From: Balanoglossus misakiensis
Taxonomy: Eukaryota > Animalia > Hemichordata
Direction: 5' to 3'
NCBI GenBank assembly: GCA_040954595.2
Contig: JBECUI020000024.1
Coordinates: 1 to 64,000, forward strand
DNA: 64,000 nt
Below, piece by piece: positions 1 through 12,891 of the stretch; the stretch's first letter is position 1; every line of letters starts with the position of its first letter. The notes beneath the pieces are model-generated. The model was not told where the DNA came from. It made no database searches and worked only from the letters and a program-made list of their open reading frames with translations. A program made the position numbers and the translations under genes.

Positions 1-179
1 AATTGCACATTTGCATAAAGTTCAAAAGAATAGCACCCTTGATTCAAACACCAACTGTATCATCTTAATGTTGAACTGCCTGTGGTAACATTTTCTGGGC
101 TTTTACTGAGGAGACTATTGACAATTGACCATGTCTGCGTCTATTCAAGTATTTCAGCATTCTCAGCCTAGGAAGTTAA

Positions 180-504
180 ACGGACAAAGTCTCTCTCTCC
201 CTGCCCTTTTCCCATTAATTAGGTTTGATACAACACACTGTTTATGTTAATGAACATTTGTATATGTAGTGAATGTACATTCAACAACACACAAATTGAG
301 AGTGAAAGCTCACCCAAAATGAATAAATGGTAGACACTGATTATTCATTTTGGCGAGTTTTTCACTCTCATGTCTACAAGCGGGATGGAAGTTGTGTGTG
401 GTTGAACGTTGGTTCACTATATATCCACATATACATTAACATAAACGGTGTCTTGTATCAAACATAATTATTGGGAAAAGGGTAGCAAAGAGAGACTTTG
501 TCCT
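180..504. mobile_element. Palindromic MITE, Kolobok/T2-type (TTAA target), copy 1
   Basis: TTAA|ACGGACAAAGTCTCTCT ... AGAGAGACTTTGTCCT|TTAA; the element is an imperfect fold-back over almost its whole length. A second copy lies at 60354-60699. TTAA TSD with AGG-like ends is typical of Kolobok/T2 MITEs. Confidence 0.8.
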
Positions 505-1489
505 TTAACTTTCCTGCTTAGAACTATAGTAAATGTTCTCCTAAATTTTAAAATTTAGGATTATAATATAAGGCTCTGTAGTTATCTCATTTTTATATGT
601 GGATGAGAACTGGCAACAGTTTTATAAACAACTTTATACAAATTTGAAGATGAAAACATATGAGTTCCTCTTACCCATGATTTCTATATTTTTTGAAAGT
701 TTTGATTTTGTGCTCAAAATTGTTTTCAACTTTCTTAAATTGCAGGAGGAACTTTCCATGTGATCTAGCCGACAGGACTTGTGGGAAAAAGTTGAAGATT
801 ACAGAAATAGATGTACATTATAGCAGCCGAGCTTTGAGCAGGGAAGTAAAATTTTTTATACGATGTACTTTATTGTTTTACTTGACAGCTTAAATATTGC
901 ATAATTGGCAGATGGTGCAGAATTCTGGCTGCCTTTAATAGGTGTTCACTTTGTGCTAGGGGGTCAAATCACATTATAATAATTGCATTCTGGGTAAAAA
1001 GTCGACAACTCACTGTAGTAAGAGATAGAATAAATGATATGTTTACTGTATGTTATGACTTTCTTTGGTCAAACATGTCTGTCTTTGTACTTAACATATC
1101 AAACTCATTAAACTTTTTTCACATTTTGTTATTTTTTCTGTTACAAAGATTCAGAAAGACTCAATATCACTTTAGCTCATGAACTCCCATTTCTTAAACA
1201 TGGCAAAAATCGGCCATCTTGAAATTGTGTCGACCATATTATGAGATTTTCATCACTCACTTAGGTAGCTTAAAACCTATTTAAGGTAGGGAGGATTAAA
1301 AACGACATGGTAGGCATCTGCTTTTCAGTTTGGATTAACTTCATGATGTTCAAATGCAAATTACGGCAAAGAGGATGATCACACCAGTCACGTTGAAATT
1401 GGAGCAGTAATATTCTTAAAATCAATGACAATTGAAAGACAAATGTAATATGAGAAAAAAAATGATTAGGAATAATAGGATGAATAATA

Positions 1490-1654
1490 GGAGGATGATA
1501 ATAAAATAACTAAAAATAATGACTACAATGATGATGATGATAATGATGATTGTGATGATGATGATAATGATGATGATGATTATTATAATGAGGATGATGA
1601 TGACAATAATGATGATGAAGATGTTACAAAAACAGTAACAATGATGATGATGAT
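1490..1654. repeat. Degenerate (GAT/AAT)n microsatellite
   Basis: Runs of gatgatgat/aataat visible directly. Confidence 0.9.
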
Positions 1655-2439
1655 TAGTTCTTTATATCTGTGTAAGAAAGACACCAATAATAGTAGTTTC
1701 TGCAGAGCATATGTCAATGTGGTATTGTCTGGTTTTGGTGGATCTTCAGGATACTTTGAGACGCAATAGGTTGGAGAATGAATATGTCTTGAGTGGTATA
1801 GGTGGTTAATATTTGTTTCTTAGTGGTCTTAATTTAATCCAGAATAATGGGTGTAATGTTGTATCTGTTACTAGCGTTAGCATTGTGGTTGTAGTGGTAT
1901 AAAATAACAGAAATAATAATGTAAGTAAAGGTTTAATTTAACCATAAATATATGTTACACAGAGATGTATTTTCATCCAGACAATCAGTCACATTCATCT
2001 TAAATATTCGTCAGAATTGGTAGCCTAATGTTTATGCATAGTTCAAGTTTGCATTACATACTTTGTGATTCTGTGTACAGAGTTTTGCAAAGCAAATGTG
2101 TTTGTACAAACCAGGGTAAAATGATCCTAGTACATAGAGCTGTTGGTGAAAATTTATGACTGGTATAGATATATATCATTGATATGCCTGTTATTAAATG
2201 AATTAAATAAAGTTTTCTTTTTTTCTAGGAATGCACTTCATATGAATCCCTGTTGCCTCGTATCATTTTAATGTACAAATGTAGCAGCCATTTTGCTTGA
2301 CATGTAAAATATATCATGTAACGGGTTCGTCTGTGTTTCAGACAAAATGCATGCATGCAAATTTAAATACAGTTACCATGGTAAATGGAGATCTGTACTA
2401 ACTGGTACAGCAGTTTTAACCGTAACATAGCGGTGTTGA

Positions 2440-2921
2440 ATATGATAATACTGGTAATAGTGATGACAATGAATGTGAATCTGGTGGTACTGGTGATACT
2501 GATTAAGATAATAATGGTGGTGATGGTGATGATGATGGTGATGATGGTGATAATAATGGTGGTGATGGTGATACTGATGGTGATAATAGTGGTGGTGATG
2601 GTGATGATGATGATAATAATGGTGGTGATGGTGATGATGATGGTGATAATAATGGTGGTGATGGTGATACTGATGGTGATAATAGTGGTGGTGATGGTGA
2701 TAATGATGGTGATGATAGTGATAATAATGGTGATGATGGTGATAATGATGGTGATGATGGTGATAATAATGGTAGTGATGGTGATACTGATGGTGATGAT
2801 GGTGATAATAATGGTGGTGATGGTGATAATGATGGTGATGATGGTGATACTGATGGTGATGGTGGTGATACTGATGGTGATGGTGATAATAATGGTTTAG
2901 ATGGTGATACTGATGATATGG

Positions 2922-2978
<57 letters not shown>

Positions 2979-2980
2979 CG
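2440..2980. repeat. Compound (GAT/GGT/AAT)n trinucleotide repeat ending in pure (GAT)n
   Basis: Visible directly; explains the spurious M/V/I-rich ORF 2385-2900. Confidence 0.95.
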
Positions 2981-3239
2981 ATACTTATAAAAATAAAAAT
3001 ATCATACTCACATGTAATGACACAAAGCTTTGTAAATGGGTGATCTGCTGGGTGCAGTCATTCTCTCAGGTGTTTTTTATTAAAACTTGCACACATGTGG
3101 GTGTTCCCATTCTGACCTGGCCAGTCAGATTTGGGGATGTCATAACCTTGCACTCTCAAACATGAAATACCATATAAGTAACCACGCACTCAGAAGTTTC
3201 TGATTTATCAAACTAGTTAATAATATTACACTATGGAAT

Positions 3240-6200
3240 TTGTGGTGTTATAACATGAACAGTGTTTCACAATTGTAAACAAACAACCTGTGTGAAACCA
3301 GGGTGTTCTTATTGATAATGATGGGGGAAGGGGGTTGTCAGTGATTACAAATTTTTGTGTCAGGTACTGTAGCTTGGTATGAGAACTTTAAACTAACCTG
3401 CAGTATTAAAATGCTGCACCATGATGTGATTAATTCCATTAATAATTTTACCAAGCATGTGTTCTTAAGGGAACAATGTTTCACAATCGTAAACAAACAA
3501 CCTGTGTGAACCAATGTGTTCATAATGATGGGGTAGGGGGTTACAGCGATTACAATTTTTTGTTTCAGGTACTGTAACTTGATATGAAAACTTTGAACTA
3601 ATCTGCAGTATTAAAATGCTGCACCATGTTGTGTTGTACCATTAATAATTTTACTATGCTTGTGTTATTAAGTGAACAGTGTTTCACAATCGTAAACGAA
3701 CAGCCAGTGTGGTAATGATCGGGGGTGGGGGTTGTCAGGGGTGGGGGCTGTCAGCGATTACAAATTTTTGTTTCAGGTACTGTAGCTTGATATGAAAACT
3801 TTGAACTAATCTGCAGTATTAAATTGGTGCACCATGATGTGTTTTATCATTAATAATTTTGCCATGCTTGTCTTATTAAGTAAACAGTGTTTCACGATCA
3901 TAAACAAACAATCTGTGTGAAACCAATGTGTTCTAATTGGTAATGATCGGGGGTGGGGGTTGTCAGTGATTACAAATTTTTGTTTCAGGTACTGTAGCTT
4001 GATATGAAAACTTTGAACTAATCTGCAGTATTAAATTGCTGCACCATGATGTGTTTTATCATTAATAATTCTACTATGCTTGTGTTAATTAAGTGAACAG
4101 TGTTTCACGATCGTAAACAAGTAACCAACGTGAAACCAAGGTGTTCTAATTGGTAATGATCGGGTGTGGGAGGTGTCAGGGTTGGGGGGTGTAAGTGATT
4201 ACAATTTTTTGTTTCAGGTACTGTAGCTTGATATGAAAACCTTGAACTAATCTGCAGTATTAAATTGCTGCACCATGATGTGTTTTATCATTAATAATTC
4301 TACTATGCTTGTGTTAATTAAGTGAACAGTGTTTCACGATCGTAAACAAGTAACCAACGTGAAACCAAGGTGTTCTAATTGGTAATGATCGGGTGTGGGA
4401 GGTGTCAGGGTTGGGGGGTGTAAGTGATTACAATTTTTTGTTTCAGGTACTGTAGCTTGATATGAAAACCTTGAACTAATCTGCAGTATAAAATGCTGCA
4501 CCATGATGGGTTTTATCATTAAAAATTTTACCATGCTTATGTTAATTAAGTGAACAGTGTTTCACAATCGTAAACAAACAACCTGTGTGAAACCATGGTG
4601 TTCTAATTGGTAATGATCGGGGGTGGGGGGTGTCAGGGTTGGGGGGTGTAAGTGAATACAATTTTTTGTTTCAGGTACTGTAGCTTGATATGAAAACTTT
4701 GAACTAATCTGCAGTATTAAAATGCTGCACCATGATGTGTTTTATCAGTAATAATTCTACTATGCTTGTGTTAATTAAGTGAACAGTGTTTCACAATCGT
4801 AAACAAACAACCTGTGTGAAACCAAGTGTTCAAATTGATAATGATTGGGGGAGGGGGGTGTCAGCGATAATAAATTTTTGTTTCAGGTACTGTAGCTTGA
4901 TATGAAAACCTTGAACTAATCTGCAGTATTAAAATGCTGCACCATAATGTGTTTTATCATTAATAATTTGATTATGCTTGTGTTCTTAAGTGAACAGTGT
5001 TTCACAATCGTAAACAAACAACCTGTGTGAACCAAGGTGTTCATCATGATCGGGGGTGGGGGTGTCAGGGGAGGGGGGTGTCAGTGATCAAAAATTTTTG
5101 TTTCAGGTACTGTAGCTTGATATGAAAACTTTGAACTAACCTGCAGTATTAATTAAAATGCTGCACCATATTTAGTGAACAGTGTTTCACAATCATAAAC
5201 AAACAACCTATGTGAAACCAAGTGTTCTAATTGATAATGATGGGGGGAGGGGGATGTCAGTGATCACAAATTTTTGTGTCAGGTACTGTAGCTTGATATG
5301 AAAACCTTGAACTAATCTGCAGTATTAAAATGCTGCACCATAATGTGTTTTATCATTAATAATTTGACTATGCTTGTGTTCTTAAGTGAACAGTGTTTCA
5401 CAATCGTAAACAAACAACCTGTGTGAACCAAGGTGTTCATCATGATCGGGGGTGGGGGGTGTCAGGGGAGGGGGGTGTCAGTGAGTACAAATTTTTGTTT
5501 CAGGTACTGTAGCTTGATATGAAAAGTTTGACCTAACCTGCAGTATTAAAATGCTGCACCATATTTAGTGAACAGTGTCTCACAATCGTAAACAAACAAC
5601 CTGTGTGAAACCAAGTGTTCAAATTGATAATGATGGGGGGAGGGGGGTGTCAGCCATAATAAATTTTTTTTCAGGTACTGTAGCTTGATATGAAAACCTT
5701 GAACTAATCTGCAGTATTAAAATGCTGCACCATAATGTGTTTTATCATTAATAATTTGACTATGCTTGTGTTCTTAAGTGAACAGTGTTTCACAATCGTA
5801 AACAAACAACCTGTGTGAATCAATGTGTTCATCCTGATCGGGGGTGGGAGGGGGGGGGGTTGTCAGGGGAGGGGGGTGTCAGTGATTACAAATTTTTGTT
5901 TCAGGTACTGTAGCTTGATATGAAAACTTTGAACTAACCTGCAGTATTAATAAAATGCTGCACCATGATGTGTTTTATAATCATTAATAATTTTACTATG
6001 CTTGTGTTATTAAGTAAACAGTGTTTTGCAATCGTAAACAAATAACCTGTGTGAAACCAAGTGTTCTAATTGATAATGATGGGGGGTGGGGGGTGTCAGG
6101 GGTGGGGGGTGTAAGAGATTACCAATTTTTGTTTCAGGTACTGTAGCTTGATATGAAAACTTTGAACTAACCTGCAGTATTAATAAAATTCTGCACCATG

Positions 6201-6392
6201 ATGTGTTTTATCATTAATAATTTTACTATGCTTGTGTTATTAAGTGAACAGTGTTTCACAATCGTAAACAAATAACCTGTGTGAACCAAGGTGTTCATAA
6301 TGATGGGGGTGGGGGTGCCAGCGATTCATAATGATGGGGGTGTCAGTGATTACAAATTTTTGTTTCAGGTACTGTAGCTTGATATGAAAACT
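3240..6392. repeat. Tandem array of ~15 units of ~170-235 bp with variable G-tracts
   Basis: Anchor CAGGTACTGTA recurs at ~3361, 3566, 3775, 3986, 4215, 4444, 4672, 4884, 5104, 5280, 5501, 5672, 5902, 6136, 6367. Length variation comes from an optional GGGG..TGTCAG module and a ~35-bp deletion variant. Confidence 0.95.
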
Positions 6393-6878
6393 TCCAGACA
6401 GTGTTTGCATTGAACCGGTAATTGTGATCACAATTGATGTGTCTCAAATGCATGATTTCTTTCCAGATTAAATAATATGATATAACATTGCATTGTATAA
6501 CATTTATGTTCCAGATCTGTATTTAATTGTGTTTTAATACCATCCAGTCAGTTTCACCAACAGCTCATTGTCTAAATTCCCCCTTTTCATCAGTGAAGTT
6601 AGCACTCGTTTGAAAATTGGAAAATAATTTACATAACATGGCTGTTTTGGAAATTGCAGTACTTTAGTAAAAGAACATTCAGAATTACTGGTGTATAATG
6701 TCAGCTATGCGTATTAAAAATTGCCATTTGAAATTTTAATATTATAATATTCTTAGACTTAAAAATTTACAAACTGATAATAATAAACATATAATATTTT
6801 AGAGTATAATACAATCACCTCAGCTAGATTAACAAACTAGTGACTTTGTAGAATGCTGTTGGTTGACAGTTTCTGATT

Positions 6879-9586
6879 GACACTTTGCACTAGTCGCCTT
6901 TGAACCAGAAACAACTGAGCACCCAACGAGAAATAATTATAGATTGGAGCCAAGTTGAAGTTCATAGCAGTCAGTAATAATTGTCTATTTACACAAATTT
7001 TCTCATTAGTTTCAGATTACCATGATGCCCAATATCCTCCTGTCCAGATGCCAAGTTGGTAACCGGGTAACATGATTCCTATGGTGTGAGTATGCAAATA
7101 AATGGCTCATGGCTTGCAGTCATGTGACATCTCCGTGTCTCTTGTGTTTTCCTGGACACTTTGCACTAGTCGCCTTTGAACCAGAAACAACTGAGCACCC
7201 AACGAGAAATAATTATGGATTGGAGCCAAGTTGAAGTTCATAGCAGTCAGTTATAATTGTCTATTTACACAATTTTTTCTCATTAGTTTCAGATTACCAT
7301 GATGCCCAATATCCTCCTGTCCAGATGCCAAGTTGGTAACCGGGTAACATGATTCCTATGGTGTGAGTATGCAAATAAATGGCTCATGGCTTGCAGTCAT
7401 GTGACATCTCCGTGTCTCTTGTGTTTTCCTGGACACTTTGCACTAGTCGCCTTTGAACCAGAAACAACTGAGCACCCAACGAGAAATAATTATGGATTGG
7501 AGCCAAGTTGAAGTTCATAGCAGTCAGTTATAATTGTCTATTTACACAATTTTTTCTCATTAGTTTCAGATTACCATGATGCCCAATATCCTCCTGTCCA
7601 GATGCCAAGTTGGTAACCGGGTAACATGATTCCTATGGTGTGAGTATGCAAATAAATGGCTCATGGCTTGCAGTCATGTGACATCTCCGTGTCTCTTGTG
7701 TTTTCCTGGACACTTTGCACTAGTCGCCTTTGAACCAGAAACAACTGAGCACCCAACGAGAAATAATTATGGATTGGAGCCAAGTTGAAGTTCATAGCAG
7801 TCAGTTATAATTGTCTATTTACACAATTTTTTCTCATTAGTTTCAGATTTCCATGATGCCCAATATCCTCCTGTCCAGATGCCAAGTTGGTAACCAGGTA
7901 ACATGATTCCTATGGTGTGAGTATGCAAATTAATGGCTCATGGCTTGCAGTCATGTGACATCTCCGTGTCTCTTGTGATTTCCTGGACACTTTGCACTAG
8001 TCGCCTTTGAACCAGAAACAACTGAGCACCCAACGAGAAATAATTATAGATTGGAGCCAAGTTGAAGTTCATAGCAGTCAGTAATAATTGTCTATTTACA
8101 CAAATTTTCTCATTAGTTTCAGATTACCATGATGCCCAATATCCTCCTGTCCAGATGCCAAGTTGGTAACCGGGTAACATGATTCCTATGGTGTGAGTAT
8201 GCAAATAAATGGCTCATGGCTTGCAGTCATGTGACATCTCCGTGTCTCTTGTGTTTTCCTGGACACTTTGCACTAGTCGCCTTTGAACCAGAAACAACTG
8301 AGCACCCAACGAGAAATAATTATGGATTGGAGCCAAGTTGAAGTTCATAGCAGTCAGTTATAATTGTCTATTTACACAATTTTTTCTCATTAGTTTCAGA
8401 TTACCATGATGCCCAATATCCTCCTGTCCAGATGCCAAGTTGGTAACCGGGTAACATGATTCCTATGGTGTGAGTATGCAAATAAATGGCTCATGGCTTG
8501 CAGTCATGTGACATCTCCGTGTCTCTTGTGTTTTCCTGGACACTTTGCACTAGTCGCCTTTGAACCAGAAACAACTGAGCACCCAACGAGAAATAATTAT
8601 GGATTGGAGCCAAGTTGAAGTTCATAGCAGTCAGTTATAATTGTCTATTTACACAATTTTTTCTCATTAGTTTCAGATTTCCATGATGCCAAATATCCTC
8701 CTGTCCAGATGCCAAGTTGGTAACCAGGTAACATGATTCCTATGGTGTGAGTATGCAAAATAATGGCTCATGGCTTGCAGTCATGTGACATCTCCGTGTC
8801 TCTGTGTTTTCCTGGACACTTTGCACTAGTCGCCTTTGAACCAGAAACAACTGAGCACCCAACGAGAAATAATTATGGATTGGAGCCAAGTTGAAGTTCA
8901 TAGCAGTCAGTTATAATTGTCTATTTACACAATTTTTTCTCATTAGTTTCAGATTTCCATGATGCCCAATATCCTCCTGTCCAGATGCCAAGTTGGTAAC
9001 CAGGTAACATGATTCCTATGGTGTGAGTATGCAAAATAATGGCTCATGGCTTGCAGTCATGTGACATCTCCATGTCTCCTGTGTTTTCCTGGACACTTTG
9101 CACTAGTCGCCTTTGAACCAGAAACAACTGAGCACCCAACGAGAAATAATTATGGATTGGAGCCAAGTTGAAGTTCATAGCAGTCAGTTATAATTGTCTA
9201 TTTACACAATTTTTTCTCATTAGTTTCAGATTTCCATGATGCCCAATATCCTCCTGTCCAGATGCCAAGTTGGTAACCAGGTAACATGATTCCTATGGTG
9301 TGAGTATGCAAAATAATGGCTCATGGCTTGCAGTCATGTGACATCTCCGTGTCTCTGTGTTTTCCTGGACACTTTGCACTAGTCGCCTTTGAACCAGAAA
9401 CAACTGAGCACCCAACGAGAAATAATTATGGATTGGAGCCAAGTTGAAGTTCATAGCAGTCAGTTATAATTGTCTATTTACACAATTTTTTCTCATTAGT
9501 TTCAGATTTCCATGATGCCCAATATCCTCCTGTCCAGATGCCAAGTTGGTAACCAGGTAACATGATTCCTGTGGTGTGAGTATGCA
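6879..9586. repeat. Highly homogeneous ~277-bp tandem array, ~9.8 copies
   Basis: GACACTTTGCACTAGTCGCC recurs at ~6879, 7156, 7433, 7709, 7987, 8263, 8539, 8815, 9092, 9368; units differ at only a few sites. Confidence 0.97.
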
Positions 9587-9626
9587 CATTAAATTTGAGT
9601 AACCAGCCATTGAAGTACATTACATT

Positions 9627-10655
9627 CATGAAGACAGGAGATCATCTCTGTCCATAGATATATTTTACCATTATGTTGTTTGACACAGAAATACTTATTA
9701 GCATATTTTCCATTTTTTGCAGAAAGGGGTATCTAGCTGTTGATCAAAATCTGCCAAACTAGATGTATATTCAAGCCTGTAAAACAGTACAGTAGTTTGC
9801 AAGGGTAACATAAGATAATTATTGTTCTTCTAAGATTTCCTTTACCCCATAGATGACAGCATAGAATTTAATTGCTCATTTTGGAGGGCAGTGTGTGACT
9901 TATTGTATTGTCCATCCAGGAGATTATCCTTACATTTTACTGCCTTATTTTTTGACACTAAAATACTGTCATATTTTCCATTTTTGTAGATAATAGTTTC
10001 TCTCTGGTGATCAACATTGATGATCTGTCGAACTGGATGTGTGTACATGCCTGTATTGCAGCCAATTGGTGTCTGAGGGTAACATATAAGATAATTCTTT
10101 TTCTCCTAAAGATTTCCTAGACCCCATAGATGAATGCATATAATTTAATTGCTCATTTTGGAGGGCAGTGTGTGACTTATTGTATTGTCCATTCAGGAGA
10201 TCATCTGTCCATACATTTTACTGTCATGTTTTTTGACACTAAAATACTTTGTCATATTTTCCATTTTTGCAGATAATGGTTTCTCTCTGGTGATCAACAT
10301 TGATCTGTCGAACTGGATGTGTGTACATGCCTGTATTGCAGCCAAGTGGTGTCTGAGGGTAACATAAGATAATTCTTATTCTGTTAAAGATTTCCTAGAC
10401 GCCATGGATGACAGCATAGAATTTAATTGCTCATTTGGAGGCCCCTGTACAACGTATTGTATTGTTCATGAAGACAGGAGATCATCTCTGTCCATAGATA
10501 CATTTTGCCGTGCTGTTTGACACAGAAATACTTATTGGCATATTTTTCATTTTTGCAGATAACAGTCACTGGTCCCTGTGATGAGTAATGTCTATCAACA
10601 TAGATCTGTGCATGCTTGTACCGGTATAGCCGCCAAGCACTTCAAAGGTAACATA
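9627..10655. repeat. Four diverged ~270-290-bp tandem units
   Basis: Shared blocks CAGGAGAT(C/T)ATC, TTTGACAC..AAATACT, CATTTTTG(C/T)AG and AGG(G)TAACATA in each unit. Confidence 0.85.
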
Positions 10656-12044
10656 GCATTAACCTTACGGGCCACTGATAATAAAAGTCGATGCATTCCT
10701 TCATTTTACTTGATAGCAAGCCCCCCCCTACTTGATAGCAACCCCCCCCCCACCCCACCCCCTGAAATGCTCCTATACACATCCATATTATATAAAAACA
10801 CTGGAAGTGCACATGGTCGGTATATACTGTGTGCTTCAGTCGGGATAAATATTCATCCAGCAATGCATGATGAACTGGGTCTGATTTTATAGCATTTATG
10901 CCCAGAGCTGGTCTTTCCACTTATTCATAATCACTGTACAGAGAGAGGAGTCAACGCCATACTCGGAATACTGTAACTGATGTCCAATCCATCCTATTGC
11001 TTTCTCTTCCAATATGCATTCAACCAGTTCATTGCCTGATGAAAAACAGCAGATTTTTTAACTTGTAGTTTCGCGGACTTCAATTCACTCTTTTGACGCG
11101 GGCTTATCTTCATTTGGTAGAGTTTTAAGGGAGTGTCACGCCAGACAAAAATACAAAAGTGGGGCCCAAGTGTGTTCTACCACCATATTACATAGTGATC
11201 AAGAAGTGACCTGATCAGATGTTGTCACATCCTGGGCCCCTTTTTTACCCATGTTCAGTGTTTGACAGGAGCATATTTTCGTTTCTGTGTGAATGTTGAA
11301 TGTCTCTTATTTGCTGTAATCAATCAATCAATACAAGGTGAGTGTTATGTCGTCTTTCTGTGCATAGGCAAGAAGAGGATACATGTATGAATGCAGAAGC
11401 CCCAGTGAATCGGATGCAGAGAAGTTTCCTTCCAGGATGACTTTATTTTACTGACTTTGATTCCATCGTCATTCCAAGAATAGAACTTCTCCCACGGGAC
11501 GAAATTGAACATTAATCAATCCCTTCCTCATTTATATGATCTGTATTACAAATGTATTATTCTGATAGCATTATTTGTCATTGTGTCAGAGAGAGAGGGT
11601 TTAAGTAGGTTAAAACTAAATTGTACACTTCAGTTTGCCAACACTGCTAAATTATCACCATGATTTATTCAGCATAACCTGAAGGTTGTTGAATCCTATA
11701 GGCACAATAAGCATTGCATGTAGCAAGCACTTAGTGTAAATTTACGTTAATTGCACAGGGTACAGCAGCCTTCAGGGGTTTACTGTTTAGCTTTGTAGCA
11801 TAATTGCACCCACATATAAAGAAAAAGTCAAGTTAAGATATTAAAGCCGAATGGTAAACAGAATACAAAGAGTTTACAGCATTAGTCCTGTATTGATACA
11901 GAAAGCAAATATGACAATGAACAGTTGACCAACATTGAAAATTGTTTGACTGGCTCTCTCTCTCTCTCTCTATAAACTTGGACGGTCATTTTTCCAGAAT
12001 GTACTGGATATAGGCATGATTTACTAGTATTGGACATTTATTCA

Positions 12045-12390
12045 TCCATCCATCCATTCATTCATACATACATACATACATACATACATACATACATACA
12101 TACATACATACATACATACATTTATTCATTCATTCATTCACTCGTTCATTCATTCATTTATTTATATATTTATTTGTGTCGTTGTATGTTTGCATGTACC
12201 CGTGTGTGTGTGTGTGTATATGTATGTATGCATGTATGTATGTATGTATGTATGTATGTATGTATGTATGTATGTATGTATGTATGTATGTATGTATGTA
12301 TATATGTATGTATGTATGTATGTATGTCTGTCTGTCTGTCTGTCTGTCTATCTGTATGTATGTATGTATGTATGTATGTATGCATGTATG
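12045..12390. repeat. Compound microsatellite (CATA)n/(CATT)n then (TG)n/(TATG)n/(GTCT)n
   Basis: Visible directly; explains the HTYI/CMYV ORFs. Confidence 0.95.
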
Positions 12391-12423
12391 AATATTTTCA
12401 AAATTGTTGGATGTCTCGGAGTA

Positions 12424-12891
12424 CTCTCTGTGTTGTGTTTTCAAATTCCTATTCGAATTGTCGACATTTTTGGGTGTCTGTGACTACTCTCTCGTCACAT
12501 TCTGGCCTCTGTGTTTGCTGTAGTTGTGTTTTCGAATTCTTATTCGAATTGTCAACATTTTTGGGTGTCTGTGACTACATCTCGTCACATTTTGGCCTCT
12601 GTGTTTGCCGTGGTTGTGTTTTCGAATTCTTATTCGAATTGTCGACATTTTTGGGTGTCTGTGACTACATCTCGTCACATTTTGGCCTCTGTGTTTGCCG
12701 TAGTTGTGTTTTTGAATTCATATTCGAATTGTCAACATTTTTGGGTGTCTGTGACTACTCTCTCGTCACATTCTGGCCTCTGTGTTTGCCGTGGTTGTGT
12801 ATTCGAATTCATATTCGAATTGTCGACATTTTTGGGTGTCTGTGACTACTCTCTCATCACATTCTGGCCTCTGTGTTTGCCGTGGTTGTGT
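12424..12891. repeat. ~90-bp minisatellite, ~5 copies
   Basis: ATTCGAATTGTC at ~12451, 12542, 12632, 12722, 12813. Confidence 0.95.

Noticed and set aside
2385-2900. 171-aa hydrophobic M/V/I ORF (poly-His on the reverse strand)
   Set aside because: Translation of a trinucleotide microsatellite; no gene context.
10017-10077. TGATGA...CTGA as a box C/D snoRNA
   Set aside because: Box pair present in only one of four paralogous units, no terminal stem, and lies in the putative exon.
10780-11520. Coding-looking minus-strand stretches
   Set aside because: Short, interrupted, no recognisable domain or consistent splice sites.
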